This document shows positions 53,904 to 63,659 of a stretch of 64,000 nucleotides of DNA, in pieces (position 1 is the first letter of the stretch; every line of letters begins with the position of its first letter). The DNA is taken from IMG/VR virus record IMGVR_UViG_3300031901_000001, positions 3,303 to 67,302 of that record. The stretch is one strand, 5' to 3'. Below the pieces are notes generated by a model. It was given only the letters and a program-made list of their open reading frames with translations. It had not been told where the DNA came from and did no database searches. Position numbers and translations under genes: made by a program. Origin of the DNA: a virus (lineage: Duplodnaviria; Caudoviricetes).

Positions 53904-54725
53904 ATGGCGGATCGTCTCACCTCTCTTGCCGCGGTCAAGGATTGGCTGGGTCTCGAAACCGATAGTTCGGATACCGAGCTAACGCGGCTGATCGAGGCCG
54001 GGTCCGCTTACGCTTATGGCTTTATGAACCGAGGACCCTTCGGGGCTCACGAGGTGATCGAGACTTCACGAGGCAACGGCAAGGACACCATGCTCCTTCG
54101 CGAATGGCCCGTTATCTCGATCACCTCGCTCGGTATCCAGGGCAGCGAAGTGAAGGCCGCATCTGTGGGCAACTTCGGTCTGGCGTCAAACGGCTATCAG
54201 ATTTCTGACTTCAGTCAGCCTAACTCGCCTCAGAGTCTTAATCTGTTTGGTACTTGTTTTTTTTACAAGTCTCAAGTTCAGGTGATATACCGGGCGGGGT
54301 ATGAAGCAACCGAAGAGTATGTCATTGAGACAAAGACAGTTGACTCCACAGAAAGCGTTGTCGGGATCACCCCCGGCTCTTCTGGTTTTTGGCTGGTCGA
54401 CTTTGGTGTCTTGATCGACGGTGTTGCAGCTACGAAGGTTGCGAGTGATCCTGCAACGGGTGAGTACTCAGTTGACGGCTGGGGGGAATATACCTTCTCA
54501 ATTGACGACAAGGATAAGACCGCCTCGATTTCTTATGGCTATGTGCCTTGGGACATCTCGCAGGCGGTCTGCGAATTGGTCGGTGAAACCTTCCGTTACA
54601 AGCAACGCATCGGTGTGAAGTCGAAATCGCTTGCGGGACAGGAAACTGTATCTTACTTCGATAGCGTTATGACTCCCACAGTGTCGGGGACTCTTAATCT
54701 CTATCAAAACGTGGTACCGATGTAA
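53904..54725 (+). CDS. Head-tail connector/adaptor with inserted beta domain
   Basis: LTSLAAVKDWLG..D..L..LI..S; Y.AGY; VP.DI..AV.ELV. Confidence 0.85.
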   Translation: MADRLTSLAAVKDWLGLETDSSDTELTRLIEAGSAYAYGFMNRGPFGAHEVIETSRGNGKDTMLLREWPVISITSLGIQGSEVKAASVGNFGLASNGYQISDFSQPNSPQSLNLFGTCFFYKSQVQVIYRAGYEATEEYVIETKTVDSTESVVGITPGSSGFWLVDFGVLIDGVAATKVASDPATGEYSVDGWGEYTFSIDDKDKTASISYGYVPWDISQAVCELVGETFRYKQRIGVKSKSLAGQETVSYFDSVMTPTVSGTLNLYQNVVPM

Positions 54726-55240
54726 TGGCCGCGATTGACCTCTATGTCTCTGTCAGCGGGGATCGCAATATCCTCAGGAACTTGGACCGGATGCCGGTTC
54801 AAATTCAAGAGATAGTGGCCAAGAAAATGGACAAGCTCGCCTATGATTTGGCAGATCAGGTCCATGCGAATATCGCTGCTCGCCTTCAGCGGAAAACAGG
54901 TCAGCTGGAAAATGCCGTAGGCTATGAAGTTATCAACAGCGATGGTAGGGTTATGGCTCGAGTTTTTGTTGACGGTACCAAAGCTCCCTACGCTGCGGCT
55001 CAGGAAGGAGGTGCTACGATACCTCCCCATATGATTTACCCGAAGAACGCACGGGTGTTGAGCTGGATGACTCCGATGGGAGAACGTGCATTCGCTATGA
55101 GAGTGTCACACCCCGGCGCTGTGCTCGCGCCTCAGCACTTTCTTCGTGACGCTTATCGTCAACGAGGACCGAAGATCAGTCGTGAAATCAAGAAGGCTAT
55201 CGTTGATAGCATTCGTCAGAGAATGAGGAACGGGTCATGA
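54725..55240 (+). CDS. Tail completion protein (HK97 gp10-like)
   Basis: YA..QE.G..IPPH..V.HPG..FLRDA. Confidence 0.8.
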   Translation: MAAIDLYVSVSGDRNILRNLDRMPVQIQEIVAKKMDKLAYDLADQVHANIAARLQRKTGQLENAVGYEVINSDGRVMARVFVDGTKAPYAAAQEGGATIPPHMIYPKNARVLSWMTPMGERAFAMRVSHPGAVLAPQHFLRDAYRQRGPKISREIKKAIVDSIRQRMRNGS

Positions 55241-55701
55241 GCGAGGCCATCTACGCCGCTCTCCGCCAGCGCATGGACCTTGTCGAGTGGACTCGTGCTG
55301 ACAATAGCACTCACACCTTCAAGACCAAGACTCGTCGGATTGTCATGTTCGACCAGGTGCCTAGCGAACAACAAGCATGGTGCGGACAAGCTGAGTATGG
55401 TGAACAGGAAGAACAGACTTCCGGTCTACCCTACAAGACTGTGCTAGAAGCCCATTGGTTGGTCTATCAATGCATCGCAAAAGACCCTAAGGCTGAAGCG
55501 ACCATTGAAAACAACTTGATTATCGCTGGTGTCAAGAAAGCCTTAGCTGCTATCCCTTCAGACGTAGGTTTCTTCGAGAAACGTAATACTCTCGGAAACC
55601 TTGTCCATAAGTGCTTCATCAATGGTCGTATATTCAAGGACCCGGGCGACATTGATGGTCAGGGATTGATCCTGATACCAATCCGTATCCTGGTTCCGTA
55701 G
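55237..55701 (+). CDS. Tail terminator protein
   Basis: Position before major tail gene; size 154 aa. Confidence 0.7.
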   Translation: MSEAIYAALRQRMDLVEWTRADNSTHTFKTKTRRIVMFDQVPSEQQAWCGQAEYGEQEEQTSGLPYKTVLEAHWLVYQCIAKDPKAEATIENNLIIAGVKKALAAIPSDVGFFEKRNTLGNLVHKCFINGRIFKDPGDIDGQGLILIPIRILVP

Positions 55702-55710
55702 GAGGTCATG

Positions 55711-55926
55711 ATGGAAAAGGAAGAAGAACAAGATTTGCCGATCACCTCAGCAGATGATGCTGCGGCAGATGTCGAGCTTGAAGCCAAGATCGACAAGGTG
55801 TTGGAGGATTGGGTTGCTTCCACTTATCGGAACAGTCCAATCGGCCGAGATACGCCAGCTTACAACCATCTTCGGTCGAAGCTGCCGGATCTGAAGAGTG
55901 CAATCTTGAAGGAGTTGAAGGAATGA
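55711..55926 (+). CDS. Small acidic structural-region protein
   Basis: SD AGGAGG. Confidence 0.65.
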   Translation: MEKEEEQDLPITSADDAAADVELEAKIDKVLEDWVASTYRNSPIGRDTPAYNHLRSKLPDLKSAILKELKE

Positions 55927-56672
55927 CACAGTACGTCTTCGGCACCGGGCAGCTTTTCTCGATGCCCGTCGGCGGTGGCGCTCCTCTGAAGTTCGGCGCG
56001 TTGCAAGACGTGTCTGTGGACTTCTCGGGCGACATCAAACAGCTGCATGGCCAATACCAGTACGCACTGGACGTGGCTCGCGGCAAAGCAAAGGTGGAAT
56101 GGAAGGCCTCGACCGGCAACATCGATGTCGAAGCTTTCAACTCCATCTTCTTCAACGGCACTGTGGATGAAGGTACCGAGCTCGTCCAGGTCTTTAACGA
56201 GTCGGGGACTATCCCGACGACCCCGTTTCAGATCACGGTCGCAAACGGTGCGGACTTCGCTTTCGACCTCGGCGTTATTCTTGCTTCGGACGGTTCGGCG
56301 TTCAAGCAGGTTGCTTCGTCGCCGGCCGCGGGTGAATATACAGTCAGCGCTGCGGGTGTTTACACCTTCAACACGGCTGACGCGACCAAGGCAGTCCTCA
56401 TCACCTACATGTATGAGGAAGCGTCGGGCGGTTCGCTGACCATCACCAATAACCTCATGGGCTCGGCGCCTCGTTTTCAGCTGGTCCTTTCGCAGGTCTA
56501 TGACGGCAAAACGTTCACGCTGATCCTCTACAGCAACGTTGCCGACAAGCTGAGCCTTCCGCTCAAGCAGGACGACTACTTGATCGGGGAGCTTTCGGGT
56601 CAGGCGTTCGCCAACTCAGCGGGCAACGTAGCGCGGGTGACCACCACGTCGGTATCCGGCGGCGGCGGTTAA
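55923..56672 (+). CDS. Major tail protein with inserted beta domain
   Basis: FGTG..FG.LQDVSVDF..K.L.GQ..Y. Confidence 0.85.
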   Translation: MTQYVFGTGQLFSMPVGGGAPLKFGALQDVSVDFSGDIKQLHGQYQYALDVARGKAKVEWKASTGNIDVEAFNSIFFNGTVDEGTELVQVFNESGTIPTTPFQITVANGADFAFDLGVILASDGSAFKQVASSPAAGEYTVSAAGVYTFNTADATKAVLITYMYEEASGGSLTITNNLMGSAPRFQLVLSQVYDGKTFTLILYSNVADKLSLPLKQDDYLIGELSGQAFANSAGNVARVTTTSVSGGGG

Positions 56673-56682
56673 TCCGTGACCA

Positions 56683-56725
56683 GGGTTGGGTGGGTCAACG
56701 CCGCTGGCTCACCCAACTTCTTTCT
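56683..56725 (+). terminator. Terminator after the major tail gene
   Basis: GGGTTGGGTGGGTCA..TGGCTCACCCAACTT-CTTT. Confidence 0.6.
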
Positions 56726-56752
56726 ATGCGGTAACATGATGAGGGATCAATC

Positions 56753-57241
56753 ATGAAGAACCTGACCACAGTAACTATCGGCGGAGTCGAATACGATTGC
56801 CCCGAACTGAATTTGGCCGGCCTGGAAATGGCTTGGCCTTTTATCGAAGAAGCGATCTTTGCATCCAATCCCGTTCAGGGACCGGTCGCCGGCATCAACA
56901 TCCTCCTCTGCCTGTGGATGGAGTCGGAAAACTGGGACATCAATCACCCCCGTTGGGACGACGCTCGTGAGAAGATGAAGATCACGGCTGAGTCTTCCTA
57001 CAAGTTCACCTTTGACTCCCTTGCCCTTTACCTGAAACGTAAGGTTGCAGCCAAAGAAGTGAACCAACTTCGCGCTGCTATTCAGCTGATCCTTGAAGAT
57101 GCTGAAGTTGTGGCAAAGGTGGGTGAGGACGCACCCAAGCCGGGGGAGGAAGCGGGGGCCGCCCCTTTGACGGAAACTGTGACGACATCATTGCCGAGCT
57201 CGTCGCCGCTGGCTGCGAGGGAGGTAGCTGGGACAGCATAA
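56753..57241 (+). CDS. Tail assembly chaperone (gpG-like)
   Basis: Between major tail and tape measure genes. Confidence 0.8.
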   Translation: MKNLTTVTIGGVEYDCPELNLAGLEMAWPFIEEAIFASNPVQGPVAGINILLCLWMESENWDINHPRWDDAREKMKITAESSYKFTFDSLALYLKRKVAAKEVNQLRAAIQLILEDAEVVAKVGEDAPKPGEEAGAAPLTETVTTSLPSSSPLAAREVAGTA

Positions 57242-57417
57242 GGAAAAGATGGGGATTGAAGCATTATCACAAGATGCTTCATCATTGGAAACACAATGGT
57301 CCCCCGGTGTATGTCTCTGTCGCGGGATATTTGGGGCTTATCAAGGAAGAGAAAGATAATAAGCCCGGTGATTTAAATGAGCTATTGAAGATGTCCAGAG
57401 GCGGGATGATACAGTAA
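57163..57417 (+). CDS. -1 frameshift extension (gpT-like) of the tail chaperone
   Basis: Slippery heptamer C CCT TTG at 57163-57169 in frame; -1 frame open 84 codons to the tape-measure start (PFDGNCDD..W..GPPVYV.VAGYLG). Confidence 0.8.
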   Translation, partial: PFDGNCDDIIAELVAAGCEGGSWDSIRKRWGLKHYHKMLHHWKHNGPPVYVSVAGYLGLIKEEKDNKPGDLNELLKMSRGGMIQ

Positions 57418-60400
57418 TGGCTACTGAGAACGACGATCTTAATATCCATATCAATGTCGACCCGAGTGGCGCCGAGCAAGGTTCCAACCGGGCGAAGTCG
57501 GCTATTGGGGGTATCGGGAATGAGGCGAAGCAACTCGAGTCTTCGTTCCGTCGTCTCATGTCAGCCATTGACCCGACATTTGCTGCACAGGAGAAATATA
57601 ACCAATCTCTCTCTGAAGCCCGCCAACTGTGGTCAGCTGGTCGTATTTCAGTGGAGGAGTATCGTCAGGGTGTAGCAGCAGCGCGCACTGAGTTGCAGGC
57701 GTCAATCGAGGCAATCAACAATAACAGCGCTGCTGCACGTGCTGCTGCCGCCCAAATCAAACAGGCCGCTGCTGATGAGGCTGCCGCTGCGCGTCAAGCG
57801 GCACGGGAGAAAATACAGGCTGCCGCACAGGCAGCTGCCGCAAGACGCCAAGCCTTGAAAGAGGAGACTGCCGCTGCACGTGAAGCCGCGGAGGTGACTC
57901 GCCGTCAGGGTATCGAGACCAGGGCATTGGCAAATACCGAGCGAGAATTGCGTTCGGCAATAGATCCGCTCTACGCCGCACAGGTTCGCTACAATGCGAC
58001 GATGCAGCAAGCGACTCAGTTGTTGATGGCAAACAAACTTCGGGCGGGTGAGTTCACCGCGATCCAGAAGAACGCCGCACAGCAGATGGAGATTAACGCT
58101 CGTAGCCTCGGGCGAATGAATACAGGTTACGTCCAGTTGGGCTATCAGGCTCAGGACGTTGTAGCATCACTTGCCTCGGGTATTAGTCCTCTTGTCATTC
58201 TTGCACAGCAGGGTGGTCAGACCGCCGCTGCCATGTCTCAGATGGGCGGCAAGATGTCCGGCGTTGCAACCTTCATGGCTGGTCCATGGGGGGCTGCAAT
58301 CCTCGGTGCTGTCATGGTCTTGGGGATGCTTATCCCAAAGCTGTTTGACACTGAGTCCGCGTCGGACGCCGCTGCTGCCGGACAAAAGCGTTTTGCAGAC
58401 ATGGTCGACTCGGCAACGGGATCGATCAAGACACAGATCACTTGGCTGGAAAGACTAGCGGAAGCTAATCGTCAAGCTAAAGACGCGGAGAAACAAAGGA
58501 CTCAAGCTTCGGAAGATAGCCGAAAGCTTATGTTCAATGTAGCTCAGGCCATTTCTCCCCAGACAATAAGTGGTGGGTATGGTCAAACTATTGAAATGCC
58601 TGCCGAAGTTCAAGGCAAGTCACAGCAATGGATTAAGGCTTGGGTTGCTGCGGTTAAAGCTGGCCGTATGGAAACGACTGAGCTTGCTGCCCGTATTGCT
58701 CGACTTGGAAACCTCGACCCGTCTGTGGCCGGGTTGTCAAAGCGAGTAGTTGAACTCGGCGGCGGGATCAATAAGATCAATCGTGAGGCTGAGACCGCGG
58801 ATGCCCGTCGTGCTCAGTTGCTCGGTAAACAGCTTACCGATAGGCAGAAGCTACTCCTTGACATCAAGGATACCACTTCCAAGACGACGGAAGCTGAGCT
58901 TCGTGCGAATGTTGACCTTGCTGTATCCACAGATATGGTGGAGAAGGCTCGTGCGAAGCTGACGATTGCTGAAGCTCAGGCTACTCGTACTCGTGCGACT
59001 ATGATCGCTCAGGGTAAGACCCAGAAAGAAGCCGACCAGGCTTACATGGATGGGATCAAGGGTGCGACTGCTGAACTTCAAAAGGCTGAAGCTGCAAAGG
59101 AAGCTGCGAACAAAGCGGCAGCCGCGGGTCGTCGTCAAGATAGGGCTGATGCGGCAGCTGCAAAACGAGAACTTAAAGAACAGCAGCAATTTGTTCTTGA
59201 GGACCTAGACTACAGGCGTGACCTTGCTCAGGATGACTTCGCTGAGCAGATGAGACTCCAAGATGAGAAGGTCGCTAAACTCAAAGAATTCTATGGCGAG
59301 GACAGTCGGAACTACGTTCAGGGACTACGCGAAAAGGAGCGCATGACCCGACAGCACAATCAGGTGCTGTTGCAGATCGAGCGCGATCGAGTCCGGACAC
59401 AGAACGATATTGCTCAGGCCCGTGAAGAGTCTGACTTCAATATCTCTCAGACTGGTTTTGCTGCAGGTCAAGATCAGACTAAAGCAATGGCCTCGATGGG
59501 TCAGCTTAATCCCCGTCAGGAAATTGAGGCTCGTAGGACTCAGCTCAATGAGATGTATCAGATGCAGATTGCTCATGAAGAGCGGATGTATCAACTCAAG
59601 CTGAGTGGCCTTCAGCAACAGCTTGCCCTATTGCCTCGTGAGAGCGCTGAGCATGCTTCGGTCAACAACCAGATCTTGATGCTGGAAGCTCAACATCAAA
59701 TGACCGAACGCGAGCGGGCTGCCTCACATTTCCGCGATATGGCTCAGCTTAACCTTGAAGCTGCACAGCTGAGTTATAACAAGTGGAAAGAAGTTACCGA
59801 TAGCGTTGCGCAATCCTTTGGGCAGATGTTCCAGGGGATTTGGATGAGGTCGGGTAACTTCAAGCAGAACCTGTTGAATATCGCTGACCAGCTTGTCTTT
59901 AAGTTCGTCAACTCGGCACTGCAGATGGCGTCAAGTTGGATTGCGGGTGAAGCGACGAAGACCAATGCGACAGTTGCCGGGAATGCGATCCGCACATCGG
60001 CTGCTGTGGCCGGTGCTTCAACTCAGACCGCAGTATCTTCCGCTGCTGCCTCGACGGAAATTGCGAACAGTGCGGCAACTGCTGCGGCGGGGGCATACAA
60101 GTCGACTGTGGTCATCCCGTTCATCGGTCCCGTTTCCGCGCCGGCAGCTGCTGCTCTTGCATTGGCGACTGTGATGGGCTTTTCCGCGCTGCTGTCTGCA
60201 CGTGGCGGTCTTGGTGAAGTCGAGGCCGATGGTCAGCCCGCATTGCTACACAAGAAAGAAATGGTGCTGCCGGCATGGATCGCAGAGCCTTTCCGTCAAT
60301 CCTTGAAATCGCCTCAATCCAGTGCTGGGCTGTTCGGCGGAGCAGCTGCTGCTGGATCGTCCCTTCGTTCATCGACCACTAATAATGGTGACAGCTACGC

Positions 60401-60527
60401 ATTCCACTATCAGCCCAAACATACGAATATGGGCGCCAGTATGGATACGTTGCTGAGGAATGATGGTCGAGCACTTCGTAAGTGGATCAGAAATGAAGTC
60501 AAGAACGGGAGCTTGAAGTTAAAATGA
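57417..60527 (+). CDS. Tape measure protein
   Basis: 1036 aa helical A/Q/E-rich; LGYQAQDVVASLASG.SPL..LAQQGGQ motif. Confidence 0.92.
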   Translation: MATENDDLNIHINVDPSGAEQGSNRAKSAIGGIGNEAKQLESSFRRLMSAIDPTFAAQEKYNQSLSEARQLWSAGRISVEEYRQGVAAARTELQASIEAINNNSAAARAAAAQIKQAAADEAAAARQAAREKIQAAAQAAAARRQALKEETAAAREAAEVTRRQGIETRALANTERELRSAIDPLYAAQVRYNATMQQATQLLMANKLRAGEFTAIQKNAAQQMEINARSLGRMNTGYVQLGYQAQDVVASLASGISPLVILAQQGGQTAAAMSQMGGKMSGVATFMAGPWGAAILGAVMVLGMLIPKLFDTESASDAAAAGQKRFADMVDSATGSIKTQITWLERLAEANRQAKDAEKQRTQASEDSRKLMFNVAQAISPQTISGGYGQTIEMPAEVQGKSQQWIKAWVAAVKAGRMETTELAARIARLGNLDPSVAGLSKRVVELGGGINKINREAETADARRAQLLGKQLTDRQKLLLDIKDTTSKTTEAELRANVDLAVSTDMVEKARAKLTIAEAQATRTRATMIAQGKTQKEADQAYMDGIKGATAELQKAEAAKEAANKAAAAGRRQDRADAAAAKRELKEQQQFVLEDLDYRRDLAQDDFAEQMRLQDEKVAKLKEFYGEDSRNYVQGLREKERMTRQHNQVLLQIERDRVRTQNDIAQAREESDFNISQTGFAAGQDQTKAMASMGQLNPRQEIEARRTQLNEMYQMQIAHEERMYQLKLSGLQQQLALLPRESAEHASVNNQILMLEAQHQMTERERAASHFRDMAQLNLEAAQLSYNKWKEVTDSVAQSFGQMFQGIWMRSGNFKQNLLNIADQLVFKFVNSALQMASSWIAGEATKTNATVAGNAIRTSAAVAGASTQTAVSSAAASTEIANSAATAAAGAYKSTVVIPFIGPVSAPAAAALALATVMGFSALLSARGGLGEVEADGQPALLHKKEMVLPAWIAEPFRQSLKSPQSSAGLFGGAAAAGSSLRSSTTNNGDSYAFHYQPKHTNMGASMDTLLRNDGRALRKWIRNEVKNGSLKLK

Positions 60528-61609
60528 CACTCCGAGTCATAGAGGGTTTTGAGTGGTTCCCGTCCGGGGGTAACGCTACCCAGTTGTTCGCAGCAGCTGG
60601 GTATTATAGCACCTTCAACAACGGCATCTACTCAGCGCCGACCACAGGGAGGTTTGATTACGGCAAGACATTTCAATATGCTCTTGCTCCTGGTAACCTT
60701 GATCCCAACCAGGTGATCGCACTGACCGACTCGTCGGATGATTTGAATACTTCGGGCATGGCGGTCTACGTTGATCAAGCCAACAGCGCCTACGTGTGGT
60801 ATACCCTATTCGACGCGGTGACCGGTGCACCCCAGCTTTCTTTCTACTTCACCGAGTACGGCGTTATCCGTATCTATCGAGGTTATCCTTGGACCGGGAC
60901 GCTGATCGGTACAACAAGTGCGGGTGCTTATCGGGATAATGAGTGGTTCTATTTCGAGGTTCAGTCTGTTACCCATGCAACAGCAGGGACGGTCAAGCTT
61001 CGTATTAATACCAAGGTGGTGTTCGATGGGATAGATTTGAATACCAAGAACACAGCCAATTCCTTTGTAGACTCCTACGGCTTCGGCTGTTTCCGTAATG
61101 GCGGCGGTAACTCCGCCTTCATCAAGTTCGATGACTTCTACTTCTGCGACGGTCAGGGATCGATCAATAATGACTTCCTTGGGAATGTCAGAGTGAAGCA
61201 ACAACTTGCGATTGCCAATGGCCCCAACATCGACTTTGCTATCGGGGGTACTGCTCCTGCTGCGACCAACTGGCAGTCCGTGTTAAATGCTGCACTTGAC
61301 GATACCAAGTATGTCTACTCGGGAACACCCGGAGACTATGATCTTTATGATCTTGATCCCAACCTTAATACACCTTTGGTCTTGGGGGTTCAAGTCCGCG
61401 CAGGCCTGAGACAGGATGATGCTACTCAGCGGATTGCCCGACTGATGTTGAACACCGGCGGTACCGACTACGTCGGTTCGGTCGATCACTACCTCAACCA
61501 GTCCTATACCCACTACCGAGACCTATGGGAACTCAATCCTAATACGGGTCTTGCTTGGACGGGGACTGAAGTCAACGGGATGTATGCGGGGGTTAAGGTT
61601 CAGTCGTGA
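60524..61609 (+). CDS. Minor tail/virion protein (paralogue of 3-1139)
   Basis: Shared W.YFEV..FDDFY and NPNTG.AWT motifs. Confidence 0.75.
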   Translation: MTLRVIEGFEWFPSGGNATQLFAAAGYYSTFNNGIYSAPTTGRFDYGKTFQYALAPGNLDPNQVIALTDSSDDLNTSGMAVYVDQANSAYVWYTLFDAVTGAPQLSFYFTEYGVIRIYRGYPWTGTLIGTTSAGAYRDNEWFYFEVQSVTHATAGTVKLRINTKVVFDGIDLNTKNTANSFVDSYGFGCFRNGGGNSAFIKFDDFYFCDGQGSINNDFLGNVRVKQQLAIANGPNIDFAIGGTAPAATNWQSVLNAALDDTKYVYSGTPGDYDLYDLDPNLNTPLVLGVQVRAGLRQDDATQRIARLMLNTGGTDYVGSVDHYLNQSYTHYRDLWELNPNTGLAWTGTEVNGMYAGVKVQS

Positions 61610-62751
61610 GCGAGATAAGATCACCGCTTGTTGAAGTTGATAGCCTCGGGGAAGGTGTATCCTATCTCCGGGGTAGTTTGGTGGAAACAAACCCCCTTAT
61701 TGGCGGTTACTCCAACATCCGGACGACTTTCTTCAATGTCGAGCCCCTGACAGGCGGCTTCTCTCAAGTCCGAGTAACCTTCTTCGAGTCTACCCCCCTT
61801 ATGGGTGGTTACTCGCATATTAGAAATACCCTGATTTCCGTGGAGTCCCTTCATCCCGTATTGCCGGAGTTACCCATGAGCACGATACCTTTCCCGGGGT
61901 TTGGAAACAGTCCGACTGATCCCTCTGTCCCTGCGGGGGCTAACCCCGTAAATACTGCATTGCCCGGCCTGGAGTTCTCGATCCACAAGGTGCCGATGTT
62001 CAAGACAAATATCAAGGAAGCGGCATCAGGTGCAGAAACTCGAAACTCCCTGTCGGAGTATCCTCGCTGGCGGTTCGAGATGTCTTATGAGTTTCTCGAA
62101 GACAGTACCGGCGCTGAGTCCTCCCTGAAGACTATCCTCGGTTTCTTTCTTCAACGCCATGGTGCCTATGACAGCTGGCTGTTCAAAGACCCCGATGATT
62201 ATCTCGCGGTTAACAGCTATTGCATGACCACAGATGGTGTTACGACGCAGTTCCCCTTCCGTAGGGACATGGGAGGATACGCGGAAAAGGTTGGTCAGGT
62301 AGATACGGTAAACGACATCGACGTCTTCCTGTCTGTGGGGGAGAACGGGACAATCCCCGCTATTCCAGGCCCATACGCGATTACTGTTGCTCACGCCGCC
62401 TCACTTGTTGAAGACCTCGGTGTTACCAAAGGTGGCGTTGCCATGACCAGGGTAACGGGTGCACCGGGGGCGGGTCAGTATGCTGAAGCTTCAGGTGTCT
62501 ATACCTTCAATTCGGTGGATCATGATGATGCAGTGGTTATTAGCTATCGCTATACGGTTGATCCTTCGGATTACACCGTCACGCTTCCTAATCTTATGGT
62601 CTTCGACTCTGCTCCGCCGGAAGGAACACTGTCCTCCTCATTCCAGTACTACTTTGCCTGCCGGTTCGAGGAAGACGAGCTAGACTTTGAGAAGTTTGCT
62701 GATAAACTCTGGAACTTGCAAGAGTGTAACTTCAGGAGCATTATCCAATGA
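61606..62751 (+). CDS. DUF2460 (TIGR02217)-like distal tail protein with N-terminal repeats and inserted beta domain
   Basis: P.F.TNI..AASG.E.RN..YP.W.F...Y; FF..R.G..SWLFKDP.D; RF..D.L. Confidence 0.85.
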   Translation: MSEIRSPLVEVDSLGEGVSYLRGSLVETNPLIGGYSNIRTTFFNVEPLTGGFSQVRVTFFESTPLMGGYSHIRNTLISVESLHPVLPELPMSTIPFPGFGNSPTDPSVPAGANPVNTALPGLEFSIHKVPMFKTNIKEAASGAETRNSLSEYPRWRFEMSYEFLEDSTGAESSLKTILGFFLQRHGAYDSWLFKDPDDYLAVNSYCMTTDGVTTQFPFRRDMGGYAEKVGQVDTVNDIDVFLSVGENGTIPAIPGPYAITVAHAASLVEDLGVTKGGVAMTRVTGAPGAGQYAEASGVYTFNSVDHDDAVVISYRYTVDPSDYTVTLPNLMVFDSAPPEGTLSSSFQYYFACRFEEDELDFEKFADKLWNLQECNFRSIIQ

Positions 62752-63659
62752 GGCCTGTTACCCCACAGCCCGGTTACACTGAGGCAGATGTGGTCGCTGT
62801 CATGGACAGTGGCCAATTCGTGTATATGGATTGCTATACGATCATCCCGATCAGGGGTGATCCCTTGAGATATACGACTGCTCAGTTCGATGAGACAGTA
62901 GTCTCACTCGGCGGTATTGTTCGTCATACTTATATAGGTGGTCGTCAGGTGATCATCACAGGCCTCAGGGTCAAGAATAATCTCGGCGTTGAGGTTGACG
63001 AACAAGAAGTCAATATGAGCTATCCAGAGGGCCCGATCTATCAGGCATCTTTGACTTGGGCCCAGGCATTCTTGCAAGGAAGACTCGATGGCGCTTCTAT
63101 TCGTCGGGATCGGTATATCGCTGCTGATTGGGGGACTCCTTGGCTTGGTGGGATGCCCATGTTCTCGGGACTCGTCTCGACGCTGAATAAAGTCGGTCGA
63201 ATGTCCGCAACAGTCAATGTCAAGTCTGACTTGGTTAATCTTAGCAAGCAGGCACCACCCTACTTGTGGGTGGCAAGCTGTAAGAACAACTGGGGTGATG
63301 ACGCCTGCGGGGTTATTCAGTCTGACTGGGCAGTGGTTGGGGCAATGGGGGCTTCTCCCACCCGATCAGTTATTCCCTGGTCAAGTTCAAGCACGGATTA
63401 TAACCGCGGGAAGATCCATGTGTCCAACGGTGACGACGTAACCCGAGTAAGAACAGTTGCTCGAGCTACGGCTACTGAACTATTCCTTGCCTACCCGCTT
63501 GACTTCGACCCTGTGGCTGGCATGGAGTTCACCGCCTATCCTGGCTGCACCCGTGATGACAATGCAACGACTGGTTGCCCGAAGTTCCATGGCGTAGACT
63601 GGCGCAGCAAATTCAAGGGCTTCCCGTTTATCCCAGTATCGGAGACAGCACTTGGATAA
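62748..63659 (+). CDS. DUF2163/BR0599-like baseplate hub protein
   Basis: C...GD..CG; YPGC..C.KF..FKGFPFIP. Confidence 0.85.
   Translation: MRPVTPQPGYTEADVVAVMDSGQFVYMDCYTIIPIRGDPLRYTTAQFDETVVSLGGIVRHTYIGGRQVIITGLRVKNNLGVEVDEQEVNMSYPEGPIYQASLTWAQAFLQGRLDGASIRRDRYIAADWGTPWLGGMPMFSGLVSTLNKVGRMSATVNVKSDLVNLSKQAPPYLWVASCKNNWGDDACGVIQSDWAVVGAMGASPTRSVIPWSSSSTDYNRGKIHVSNGDDVTRVRTVARATATELFLAYPLDFDPVAGMEFTAYPGCTRDDNATTGCPKFHGVDWRSKFKGFPFIPVSETALG

Noticed and set aside
56683-56695. G-quadruplex (GGGTTGGGTGGG)
   Set aside because: Only three G-tracts, and it pairs with a downstream C-tract as a terminator stem.
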